Assembly: GCA_041484785.1 (NCBI GenBank)
Contig: JBGPIH010000003.1
Location: 1 to 52,879 of the forward strand
Direction of reading: 5' to 3'
Source of the DNA: Candidatus Limnocylindria bacterium
GTDB lineage: Bacteria > Chloroflexota > Limnocylindria > Limnocylindrales > CSP1-4
Length of the DNA stretch: 52,879 bases
Shown: one piece after another, positions 44,016 to 52,700 of the stretch
How the letters are laid out: every line of letters begins with the position of its first letter
How positions within the stretch are numbered: position 1 is the first letter of the stretch
The notes under the pieces: generated by a model
Databases searched by the model: none
The model's input: only the letters and a program-made list of their open reading frames with translations
What the model was told of the DNA's origin: nothing
Program-made: the position numbers and the translations under genes

Positions 44016-44864
44016 CTAGCGTCGCTTACGCCGGTACCAGACTTCGATTGCGGCGGCGACGGCGGCGACGGCCGCCCCACCCTGGATCGGCGCGGCGAGG
44101 ATTGCTGCGGTCAACGGCGTCAGGGCAGGCATCGCCATCAGCGAGTAATACCACTGTGTGGACGGCCAGAGAGCCGGGATCGCCCACCACGAGGCACGCT
44201 GGCGGCCCATGACGAACATCGCCACGACCGCGAACGGGACGAGGACCGGGAAGAACCAGGCGCTCATGCCGCCCTGGGATTGCTCGGAGAGCAGCGTCGT
44301 GGTCGCGGACAGGTGACGCAGGAATGCCGACCACGGCAGGATCGGAAGCGTCACGAGGACGATAAGCGCAGTGATCGCGAGCGCCTTTACCCGCCACGCG
44401 ATGAGGAGCGGGACCACTCCATACGCCTTGACCACGGGTGCGAGCCACGCCGCCGGGCCGAGCAGCAACGGGACGATGAACAGCTGCGGATTGCCGTTCC
44501 AGAGGTTGTCGACCAGGGGCGGCCAGGTGATCCACCACCAAGGCAGGCCCAAGCGGCGCAATGTCCAGAGCGACGCGATGATGGCGAGCAGCGTCAGCAG
44601 GACGATTGCCAGTGGCTCAGGTAGAAGCGTGAACGGGGCGATTGGCAAGAGAGATGGTGGGGCCGCTGCGAAATGGAAGGTGCCGAAATGGACCGACCAC
44701 GGGTCGCCGCCGCGCAACCATTCAGCGGTGCCGCGCAGGTAGAGCCGCAGATCCGCGGCTCGGTCCGGCCACAGGACCGTCAGCCGCATGAGCGACAGGG
44801 TGATGAACCAGGTCGCGAGCCCGACATTCGCCAGTCGACCCCACCTGACCGCGATGAGCTGCAC
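44016..44864 (-). CDS. Small GT87-like membrane glycosyltransferase
   Basis: ADLRLY...GDPW...AAPP...NGNP...VKAY; GTG 44864 lies 6 nt after TACGGT. Confidence 0.72.
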   Translation of the reverse strand: MQLIAVRWGRLANVGLATWFITLSLMRLTVLWPDRAADLRLYLRGTAEWLRGGDPWSVHFGTFHFAAAPPSLLPIAPFTLLPEPLAIVLLTLLAIIASLWTLRRLGLPWWWITWPPLVDNLWNGNPQLFIVPLLLGPAAWLAPVVKAYGVVPLLIAWRVKALAITALIVLVTLPILPWSAFLRHLSATTTLLSEQSQGGMSAWFFPVLVPFAVVAMFVMGRQRASWWAIPALWPSTQWYYSLMAMPALTPLTAAILAAPIQGGAAVAAVAAAIEVWYRRKRR

Positions 44865-44870
44865 CCGGAA

Positions 44871-44946
44871 ACCGTACACGACGGTCGTCGCGCCGGGACC
44901 GGGACGATCGGACCGGTACATCGTGGAACCGCCGGGGCGCTAGCAT
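44871..44946. promoter_or_regulatory. Divergent leaderless -10 boxes (TACGGT minus 44871-44876; TAGCAT plus 44941-44946)
   Basis: 6 nt before GTG 44864 and 7 nt before ATG 44954. Confidence 0.55.
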
Positions 44947-44953
44947 CCGCCCG

Positions 44954-46369
44954 ATGACCCTGCCAAGACTCTGGGCGTTTCTGGCGATCGCGCTCCCGAC
45001 GCTGGCCGCGCTGGTCGCCGCTACGTCGACCATCGACCTTGCGTACCAACTGCGAGCCGGGGCACAGATACTCGACGGTGGAGGGATCCCCGCAGTCGAC
45101 ACCTGGACCTTCACCGCTGCCGGCCTGCCCTGGTTCGATCAGCAATGGGGCGCGCAGGTCGTTCTGGGTGGCGTCTATCGATCGGCCGGCTGGACTGGAC
45201 TCATCCTCCTGCGGGCCGGCCTGGTCGCCCTTATCTTCGGTTCATTGTGTGAGATTGGGCGTCGACACGCTATCGGGTTGCGGTGGGCGTCATGGCTGAC
45301 CCTGGCCGCATTCGTTGTCAGCGCGCCGGCCCTTGCACTCCGTCCCCAACTCGGAGGCATGGCCCTCTTCGCGGTCATCCTACTGCTCGTTGCAGACCGG
45401 CGCGCCCATCCTCGACGGCTCTGGGCGGTCCCGGTCCTGGTGGCGATCTGGGCCAATGTGCATGGAAGCTTTCCCCTCGGCCCCCTGGTTCTGACCATCG
45501 CCTGGCTGCACGATGTCCACGATCGCGTCGAGAGGCCCCATCTGACGCTCGTCGTCAGCATCGTCAGTGTCGCGGCCGCCTGCATGACCCCATTCGGCCC
45601 GCTGGTCTGGGGATACGCCGCGGGCCTATCAGTGAACCCCGCAGTGACGGCCCGGACCTCGGAGTGGCTGCCGACATCTCTACGAGACGTCCCGGGGCTC
45701 CTGTTCTTTGCGTCCGCGGTAGCCGTCCTGACGCTGGTCGCCAGGCGTGGCCGTACGACCTCATGGCCGACCCTTGTTGGGCTTGTGGTCTTTCTGGGCA
45801 TCGGCACCTACGCCGTTCGAGGGGTCGCCTGGTGGACGCTTGCGGCGGTTCCCATGGTCGCCTCGCTCCTGCCTAGCCGCGCGCATGCGCCACCCGCGAG
45901 CCAATCATCCATGTCGCGGCGCCTCAATCTCACCGTCGTCGCGGCCGTCGCCCTCGCCGGCGTAGTCGCGCTCCCGGTGTGGCGTCCCATCGACAGAAGT
46001 ACGGGAGCTCCAGCGAATGTCCTTCGCGATGCGCCGCCGGGGATCAGCGCGGCCCTGCATGCTCTGGCCAGCCCGGGGGCCCGGCTCCTCAACCCACAGC
46101 CTTGGGGCTCATGGTTCGAGTTCGCCGAGCCGGGCGTCCAGGTCGCCGTCGACGCCCGGATCGAGCTGTTTCCGGCGGATGTCTGGGGAGCGTACTCCGA
46201 TGTTATTGCCGGCCGTGGGGATTGGTCGGCTATGCTTCGCCGTTGGGGTGTCACGATCGCAGTCGTCGACGATCGCCGAGGCGACCTCGCGAATCGCCTG
46301 GAGGACGCCGGATGGTCTCGCGTCTACGAGGATGACGACGGGGCCGTTTTCGCCGCTCCCGCTCGGTAG
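44954..46369 (+). CDS. GT-C-like multi-TM protein (putative glycosyltransferase)
   Basis: DLAYQLRAG first loop, LRPQ, WANVHGSF, SEWLP; soluble C-terminal domain with VDARIE. Confidence 0.7.
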   Translation: MTLPRLWAFLAIALPTLAALVAATSTIDLAYQLRAGAQILDGGGIPAVDTWTFTAAGLPWFDQQWGAQVVLGGVYRSAGWTGLILLRAGLVALIFGSLCEIGRRHAIGLRWASWLTLAAFVVSAPALALRPQLGGMALFAVILLLVADRRAHPRRLWAVPVLVAIWANVHGSFPLGPLVLTIAWLHDVHDRVERPHLTLVVSIVSVAAACMTPFGPLVWGYAAGLSVNPAVTARTSEWLPTSLRDVPGLLFFASAVAVLTLVARRGRTTSWPTLVGLVVFLGIGTYAVRGVAWWTLAAVPMVASLLPSRAHAPPASQSSMSRRLNLTVVAAVALAGVVALPVWRPIDRSTGAPANVLRDAPPGISAALHALASPGARLLNPQPWGSWFEFAEPGVQVAVDARIELFPADVWGAYSDVIAGRGDWSAMLRRWGVTIAVVDDRRGDLANRLEDAGWSRVYEDDDGAVFAAPAR

Positions 46370-47015
46370 GGTGCGGCTAGTCCGAGCAACCACACCTGGG
46401 CCGCATAGGCGATCGTTGCGACCGCGGGGAGGGCTGCAGAGAGAAGGCACAAACCCAGGCCAACCGCCAGTGGGCGCCAGCGCCTGCCGATCGCCAGCGG
46501 GAGCGCGGCGTAGACCTTCAGGACGATCGAGACCGCCTCCAGGCGTGGCAGCGCCACCAGCAGTGCGATGACCGCGACGTCCGAGTTGAGCACGATGAGG
46601 CTGTCGCTGATCGGGGGAAAGAGCAGCCACCAAACGTGCAGTCGCACCGTTCGCAGTGCGACCACGGCACACAACAGCGTGAGAGAGCCGTACACGATGA
46701 TGGCGACGCCTTCGGACGGCAACGCGGCAGGCAGGTACGGCAGCAGCGTAGGCGGCGGGCCGGCGAACGTCAGACCGGCAACGCTCGCCGTCCAGGGGTC
46801 GGTGCTGGCAATCGCGGCCGCTGCGGCGGCGCGATAGATGCGCAGGTCGAGGCCGAACGTCCACCCGCGGCCGCTCCGATGAGGCGCTCCAAGGTGCTCA
46901 GGATGAACACGAGGAGCAGCCCGCATTGCACCGAGGTATGCCGAACCGACGGGCTGCAGGATCGCTCAGCCGTATCGAGGACATCCGCCAGGTTGCGGTC
47001 GATGGCTCGCCTCAT
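46324..47015 (-). pseudogene. Frameshifted, internally deleted GT87-like paralog of 44016-44864
   Basis: TM1 (GLLLVFILSTLERLIG) is in the frame from ATG 47015; the rest (WTFGLDLRIY...DPW...GPPP...LKVY) is in another frame. The shift lies at a G3 run near 46864-46866. Confidence 0.72.
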
Positions 47016-47088
47016 GCCGGGGCGTAGCCTACGCGGTACCGACCGACCCCGGGACCTTCGGCGGGCTGAGTAGGAGCGAACCGGCTGG

Positions 47089-47094
47089 TAGAGT
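47089..47094 (+). promoter_or_regulatory. Putative extended leaderless -10 box (TGgTAGAGT)
   Basis: 7 nt before ATG 47102. Confidence 0.6.
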
Positions 47095-47101
47095 CGTCGC
47101 G

Positions 47102-48307
47102 ATGATCGAAGGGACGCCGGATCTCGACGTCGTCATCCTTGGTGGCGGCGGACACGTCGGTCTGCCGCTGAGCCTGGCGTTCGCGTCGGCAGGTCTGCGA
47201 GTCGGGATCTACGACACCAATCAGGCAACGCTGGACCGGATCGCAGCCGGAGCGATGCCGTTCCTGGAGACCGGCGCGGACGAGCTGCTTCGGGAGATCC
47301 TTCCGACGGGTCGCCTCGAATTGGGGACCGGTGGCGACATGATCGAACGGACGATGCAGTTGGTCGTCGTCATCGGAACGCCGGTTGACGAGTTCCTGGG
47401 TCCCTCGATGACGATCTTCGAGAGGGCGGTCGATCAGATCGCGCCGTATCTTCGCGCTGGGGCGCTCGTTGTCCTGCGCAGCACGGTCTACCCAGGCACC
47501 ACGGCCTATGTCGCCCAACATCTGGCCGAGCGTGGTTGCTCGGTCGACGTCGCCTTTTGCCCGGAGCGGATCGCCGAGGGGCACGCGCTCGAGGAGCTGC
47601 ACACCCTGCCGCAGATCATCGGGGCGGATACCGATGCGGCGGCAGAACGGGCTGCAGACCTGTTCGGGGTGCTGGCGACCAAGACCATTCGGACGACAAC
47701 GAAGGAAGCGGAGCTGACCAAGCTCTTCACCAACACGTGGCGTTACATGAAGTTCGCCGTCGCCAACCAGTTCTTCATGATTGCCGACCAGGCCGGAGTG
47801 AACTATACGAACATCCTGCGGGCGATCCGCGAGGATTACCCACGGGCGGCCGACTTGCCAGGCCCCGGGTTCGCGGCCGGACCTTGCTTGTTCAAGGACA
47901 CGATGCAATTGGCGGCATTCACAACCGACCACTTCCCGCTCGGCCAGTCCGCCATGCAGGTCAACGAAGGGTTGCCGGCCTATGTCGTCTCGGCGCTCGA
48001 GCGTCGGTATGGCGGGCTCAAGGGCAAGACGGTCGGGATCCTGGGGATGGCCTTCAAGGCCGAGTCGGACGACACCCGGGCATCGCTCAGCTACAAGCTG
48101 CGCAAGCTCCTCTCCTGGGCGGGCGCGCACGTCGTGTGCACGGACCCGTACGTGGCTGACGATCGGCTGGTCTCGCTGGACCAGGTCCTCTCGGAGAGCG
48201 ATGTCCTGGTGCTGGGCGCCCCGCATCACGTCTATCGAGGCCTCGAGATCGGTGGCAAGGATGTCGTCGACGTTTGGGGCGCCATGGGCGGCGGGATCCA
48301 GCTCTGA
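47102..48307 (+). CDS. Nucleotide-sugar dehydrogenase (UDP-glucose/GDP-mannose dehydrogenase family)
   Basis: GGGGHVGLP, IGTP, RSTVYPG, CPER, KLFTN, GFAAGPCLFKD, AFKAESDD. Confidence 0.92.
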   Translation: MIEGTPDLDVVILGGGGHVGLPLSLAFASAGLRVGIYDTNQATLDRIAAGAMPFLETGADELLREILPTGRLELGTGGDMIERTMQLVVVIGTPVDEFLGPSMTIFERAVDQIAPYLRAGALVVLRSTVYPGTTAYVAQHLAERGCSVDVAFCPERIAEGHALEELHTLPQIIGADTDAAAERAADLFGVLATKTIRTTTKEAELTKLFTNTWRYMKFAVANQFFMIADQAGVNYTNILRAIREDYPRAADLPGPGFAAGPCLFKDTMQLAAFTTDHFPLGQSAMQVNEGLPAYVVSALERRYGGLKGKTVGILGMAFKAESDDTRASLSYKLRKLLSWAGAHVVCTDPYVADDRLVSLDQVLSESDVLVLGAPHHVYRGLEIGGKDVVDVWGAMGGGIQL

Positions 48308-49329
48308 TGCGGATCCTGGTCACGGGCGCCGCGGGATTCATCAACGGCTACTTGGTCCCCGAGCTGCTCGAGGCCGGGCACGAGGTCATCGGCCTCGATG
48401 ACTTCAGCAAGTACGGCCCGCTGACCAAGTCATACGACAGCCATCCGCGATACCGCTTCGTCCAGGGCGACGCGAAAGATGTTGCGTTGATGCGTGAGCT
48501 CGCCGCCGACTGCGACCAGGTCGTGGCGGCCGCGGCGATGATCGGCGGGATCAGCTACTTCCACGAGTTCGCCTATGACCTGCTGGCCGAGAACGAGCGG
48601 ATCCTGGCGTCCACGTTCGACGCGGCGATCGCGGCCCACCGGGACGAACACCTCGAGCGGATCGTCGTGGTCAGTTCGTCCATGGTCTATGAGTCGGCGA
48701 CGGTCTTCCCGACGCCGGAGGGCGCCCAGCTGACGTCCCCCCCACCCGTTTCGACCTACGGCTTCCAGAAGCTAGCGTCCGAGTACTTCGCGAAGGGCGC
48801 CTGGGAGCAATTCAGGCTTCCGTACACGATCGTCCGGCCGTTCAATTGCGTGGGGATTGGGGAGCGCCGGGCGGTCCGCGACACCGACGTCATGAGCGGC
48901 AATGTGAAGCTGGCCCTGTCGCACGTCGTGCCGGACCTGGTGCTCAAGATGCTCAAGGGCCAGGATCCGTTGCACATCCTGGGCGAGGGCAACCAGGTTC
49001 GTCACTACACGTACGGCGGCGACTTGGCCCACGGGATCCGCCTGGCGCTGGAGTCGCCGGCGGCCATCAACAACGACTTCAACCTGTCGACCGCGGTCTC
49101 GACCACGGTCCTCGAGCTGGCCGAATGTATCTGGCGCAAGGTCCACACGGACGGGCGGCCTTTCCGCTACGTGACCGACCCGCCATTCCAACACGATGTC
49201 CAGATGCGCGTTCCGGACGTCCGCAAGGCGCGCGGGGTTCTCGGCTTCGAGGCGACCACGACGCTCGATGCGATGCTCGACGAGGTCGTCCCGTGGATCG
49301 CCGCCGAGGTCGAGGCCGGGAGGCTGTGA
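48307..49329 (+). CDS. NAD-dependent epimerase/dehydratase (extended SDR)
   Basis: TGAAGFI, AAMIGGI, SSSMVY, YGFQK, RPFN, GEGNQVR; TGATG overlap. Confidence 0.92.
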   Translation: MRILVTGAAGFINGYLVPELLEAGHEVIGLDDFSKYGPLTKSYDSHPRYRFVQGDAKDVALMRELAADCDQVVAAAAMIGGISYFHEFAYDLLAENERILASTFDAAIAAHRDEHLERIVVVSSSMVYESATVFPTPEGAQLTSPPPVSTYGFQKLASEYFAKGAWEQFRLPYTIVRPFNCVGIGERRAVRDTDVMSGNVKLALSHVVPDLVLKMLKGQDPLHILGEGNQVRHYTYGGDLAHGIRLALESPAAINNDFNLSTAVSTTVLELAECIWRKVHTDGRPFRYVTDPPFQHDVQMRVPDVRKARGVLGFEATTTLDAMLDEVVPWIAAEVEAGRL

Positions 49330-50072
49330 GCGAACCTCCTGAGCTCTCGATCATCCTGCCCGTCTACAACGAGGGGGAGGCCGTCGAGCCCGTGCTCCGG
49401 GCGCTCTCGGCTGAGGTTCGGACGCCACACGAGCTCGTCGTGGTGTACGACTTCGACGAAGACACGACAGTGCCGGTGGTCGCACGCTTGACGGGCGTCA
49501 TCGTGGGGTTACGCGGTCTCCGAAACGACCTCGGCCGGGGCGTCCTCAACGCGATGAAGGCGGGGATTGCCGGAACGACCGCCCCGTACGTCCTGATCTC
49601 GATGGCCGACGGCTCCGATGAGCCCCATGTGGTCGACTCGATGGTGGCGCTGGCACGCGGAGGCGCGGACGTCGTGGCAGCGAGCCGCTACATGCGTGGC
49701 GGTCGGCAGGTCGGGGGGCCGCCGCTCAAGCGGCTGATGAGCCGGACGGCGGGCCTGACCCTTTACTGGTTCGCCGGCGTCCCAACCCACGATCCGACCA
49801 ACAACTTCAAGCTCTACAGCCGGCGCTTCCTCGACTCGGTCACGATCGAGAGCGCAGCGGGGTTCGAGCTGGCGCTGGAGCTGACGATCAAGGCGACCCT
49901 GGCCCACCGCGGCATCGCGGAGGTGCCGACGACCTGGCGCGATCGGGCCGCCGGCCAGAGCAATTTCAAGCTGCGAAAGTGGTTGCCCCACTACCTCCAA
50001 TGGTATTGGGTCGCGTTCCGTGGTCGGCTGGGATCGCTCGCCCGGCGACGCCGTCGGTCAGGGGACCGCTGA
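49326..50072 (+). CDS. DPM1-like GT2 (putative polyprenyl-phosphate sugar synthase)
   Basis: LPVYNE, SMADGSD, ASRYMRGG, HDPTNNFKLY, RAAGQSNF; GTGA overlap. Confidence 0.85.
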   Translation: MSEPPELSIILPVYNEGEAVEPVLRALSAEVRTPHELVVVYDFDEDTTVPVVARLTGVIVGLRGLRNDLGRGVLNAMKAGIAGTTAPYVLISMADGSDEPHVVDSMVALARGGADVVAASRYMRGGRQVGGPPLKRLMSRTAGLTLYWFAGVPTHDPTNNFKLYSRRFLDSVTIESAAGFELALELTIKATLAHRGIAEVPTTWRDRAAGQSNFKLRKWLPHYLQWYWVAFRGRLGSLARRRRRSGDR

Positions 50073-51425
50073 CCCCGCCTCAACCTTGGCCCGAACTGAG
50101 TTGACGATGTCGGGAGGCACAGGCCGAACCGCATCGCCGGCAATCGAATCCGTCAGCGGCGAGCCGAATCGGTCGATCGCCTCGCGCAGGTGGGTCACGG
50201 TTCGATCGAGGATCAAGGCTCGGTCCGGGTCGATGCCAGGACCCAGGTCGCCCATCGCGACGACGACCTTGGCCCGTGTGCTATCGGCCCTGTCGAGGAA
50301 AAGCGCTCGTCCGGCGATCAAGAGCCACACGTTCCAGGTGATCGCCAGCGTGGCGACGACGGTCAGCGTGGCGAGGCGGGCCACCCGCAAGCGTCCCGGT
50401 TCGGTCAGCGAGCGACGACCGATTAGGGCGGCGAAGCCCAGCAGCGCGAAGATCGTCGAGAGATAGGCATAGCGACTGTATTCGGCCGCGCCATCGAAAA
50501 GCTCCGCACGGATCGTGCCAAGGATCGCGTACTCGACGAGGATCGCGCCGAAGCAAGCGAGCGCCCGGGGCGGCACGCTGGCGAACCCGTCACGTGCGAG
50601 CCGCCAGCCGATCCAGGCAGCCAGTGCGATGCCGACCAACCGGCCGAGGATGGGCCCGATCCCGAGCGCCGAGCCGATCGCAGTCCCGCTGCCGTCGACT
50701 ACGAACCACGGGAGGTCCAGCAGGGCCGCGATGGTGAACGGGTCGCGATGCGTGGCGAGGCCGGTCCGGCCGAAGGCGAGGTACCAGGCCAGGTAGACGC
50801 CTGCCGGGACGAACAAGACCACGACGAGGCGGCGCCGCCGCGGATCCAGGAGCAGCTCCAGGCCGGCGAAGGCCAGCATGAAGATGCCGAATCCGGAGGT
50901 CATCATGCCGATCGTCAGAAGCGCACACGCCGCCACGACCCGACCGCGGCCGGGAGCGCCCTCCAGGATGATGAAGGCTCCGAGGCCAAGGGCGATCGCC
51001 CCGACGAAGCCGATCTGCATCGCCCAGTAGAGATTCTCGAAGCCGCTCCCCAGGACGGCGAGGATCGTCGCTGCCAGCACGCCGAGGGCGGCGCCTGCCG
51101 TCCGTCGGACGAGAACATAGACAGCCAGCACGACGACTACATGGAGCGCGAGCAACAGGGCGAGATACGGCACGTACGACGTCAGCCCGACCCGCTCGAG
51201 CAGCAGCCGATAGACAAGGGTGGTCACCCCCAGCCAGTGCTCGTTGAACGGCCGCAGGAAGTTGTCGAGCGAGATCGGTCGCTCGACGATGACCGCCCAC
51301 TCGTCGGCGAAGAATGTCATCCCTCGGCCGAGCCAGAGGATGCCAAAGAAGGCCGCGATGGCAACGGTACCGACCGCGAGGTCGGCTCGGTCTGGGCGGC
51401 GAGCCCCCCGGATGGCGTCGGTCAC
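50058..51425 (-). CDS. GT-C-like multi-TM protein (putative glycosyltransferase)
   Basis: TFFADEW...PFNEHW first loop, ENLYWAMQ, SRYAY; GTGA overlap. Confidence 0.68.
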   Translation of the reverse strand: MTDAIRGARRPDRADLAVGTVAIAAFFGILWLGRGMTFFADEWAVIVERPISLDNFLRPFNEHWLGVTTLVYRLLLERVGLTSYVPYLALLLALHVVVVLAVYVLVRRTAGAALGVLAATILAVLGSGFENLYWAMQIGFVGAIALGLGAFIILEGAPGRGRVVAACALLTIGMMTSGFGIFMLAFAGLELLLDPRRRRLVVVLFVPAGVYLAWYLAFGRTGLATHRDPFTIAALLDLPWFVVDGSGTAIGSALGIGPILGRLVGIALAAWIGWRLARDGFASVPPRALACFGAILVEYAILGTIRAELFDGAAEYSRYAYLSTIFALLGFAALIGRRSLTEPGRLRVARLATLTVVATLAITWNVWLLIAGRALFLDRADSTRAKVVVAMGDLGPGIDPDRALILDRTVTHLREAIDRFGSPLTDSIAGDAVRPVPPDIVNSVRAKVEAGSAVP

Positions 51426-52696
51426 GGCGGCAACGATAGCCCGCGATCGAAGCTGCCTTCCGCGGCCCGATGGTCGTGCGACTCCCGGATGAGCCACCAA
51501 AGGAGGAAGCCGGTCAGGACCAGCATCGCCAGCGAGCCCACGATTCCAAGGATGCCGCCGATCCGCACGTGCTCGCCGATGGCCGGTGTCGGTGGAATGG
51601 CCGCGACGAGGTTCAATGTGGAGGCGGCGCCGAGCGCAAGCGCCAGCCAGTGGAACCTCCGGTCTGGCAGCAAGAGCGTGAGCAAGATCACGGCGCCATA
51701 CGCATATCGCTCGTGCATCGCCGTCAGGAAGCAGAACGCCGACAGCGTTGCGACCGTGAGGCCCAGGACCAGTGTTCGTGGCCGTGGGTCTCGGACGATG
51801 CAGCCTGCGACGACGACCGACAGCGCCACGGTCAACCCGTAACCCAGATAGCGGCCGGTGAGCGGGCCAATCAGGGCGGCCTGGTCGTTGACAAACTGGC
51901 CGCCGGCCAGCCCATCCTGGACGATCCACCACAGATTCCAGGCGCGCAGCGACAGGACGGGGAAGACCTCCTGCTGGTAGAACGCCAGGTTGTGGAGGTA
52001 GTTTGCCGGGCCTCCGGCGGCGGCGAACGGGAGCCACAGGACGACGATGACAGCCAGGCCCATGGCGGCGCATGTGATAAGGCCCCTTGCTCCGCCTCGA
52101 ACCCAGAACCACGCCGCGAAGGGAAGGATGAATGGCAGAGCCTGCGGCTTGGTCATGATGGCCAGGGTCACGAAGCCGGCGGCCAGGACGTTCCGGCCGC
52201 CGACGGCACACACAACGGCGGCGACGCCCCACAGCACGTAGATCGACTCGTACTGACCCCACCAAGCGCTCACGTCGATGACGGCCGGGTGGAGCAGGAT
52301 GGCGCCGGCTCCCAGGACAGCCCAACGCGGGCGCTCCCGGAGTGCGTATGCGACCAGCGCGGCCAGGCCGAAGTCGGCGAGCGTCGCCGGCAGTTTCATG
52401 AGCACCCGGATTGTGGGGTCGGAGGCATCGGTCGCTGTTCGAAATGCCGGCTCCAGCGCCGCCAGCATGCCCCAGATCCCGGCCATCACCGGTCCGAACG
52501 TCAGGTTCTGGTCGTACGCATGCCCTAGCCCGTTGACGGCGATGCCGTGGACCCACAGCACGAACTGGTCGAGATCGGGGCGAAATCCATCGGTTGGCAA
52601 AAGGACCGCTCGGACGAGGATCCCGGCGAGCACCACGCCCGCCAGCGCGACGACCTCTCGCCTCGACCAGCGTACTGTCGCCGCGCCGGCCGCCAT
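51422..52696 (-). CDS. GT-C glycosyltransferase (Gpi18/ALG6-like bacterial family)
   Basis: DLDQFVLW, MKLPATLAD, SAWWGQYES, TKPQ, AWNLW, MHERY; ATG 52696. Confidence 0.82.
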   Translation of the reverse strand: MAAGAATVRWSRREVVALAGVVLAGILVRAVLLPTDGFRPDLDQFVLWVHGIAVNGLGHAYDQNLTFGPVMAGIWGMLAALEPAFRTATDASDPTIRVLMKLPATLADFGLAALVAYALRERPRWAVLGAGAILLHPAVIDVSAWWGQYESIYVLWGVAAVVCAVGGRNVLAAGFVTLAIMTKPQALPFILPFAAWFWVRGGARGLITCAAMGLAVIVVLWLPFAAAGGPANYLHNLAFYQQEVFPVLSLRAWNLWWIVQDGLAGGQFVNDQAALIGPLTGRYLGYGLTVALSVVVAGCIVRDPRPRTLVLGLTVATLSAFCFLTAMHERYAYGAVILLTLLLPDRRFHWLALALGAASTLNLVAAIPPTPAIGEHVRIGGILGIVGSLAMLVLTGFLLWWLIRESHDHRAAEGSFDRGLSLPP

Positions 52697-52700
52697 CGGA

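Noticed and set aside
46864-46866. Phase-variable homopolymer tract
   Set aside because: The run is only 3 nt and the gene has a second lesion, so decay is more likely
1645-48229. Long Arg/Pro/Gly-rich or antisense ORFs (e.g. 1645-3489, 24379-26391, 42414-43937, 47012-48229)
   Set aside because: Expected shadow ORFs in high-GC DNA; they have no motifs and overlap well-supported genes
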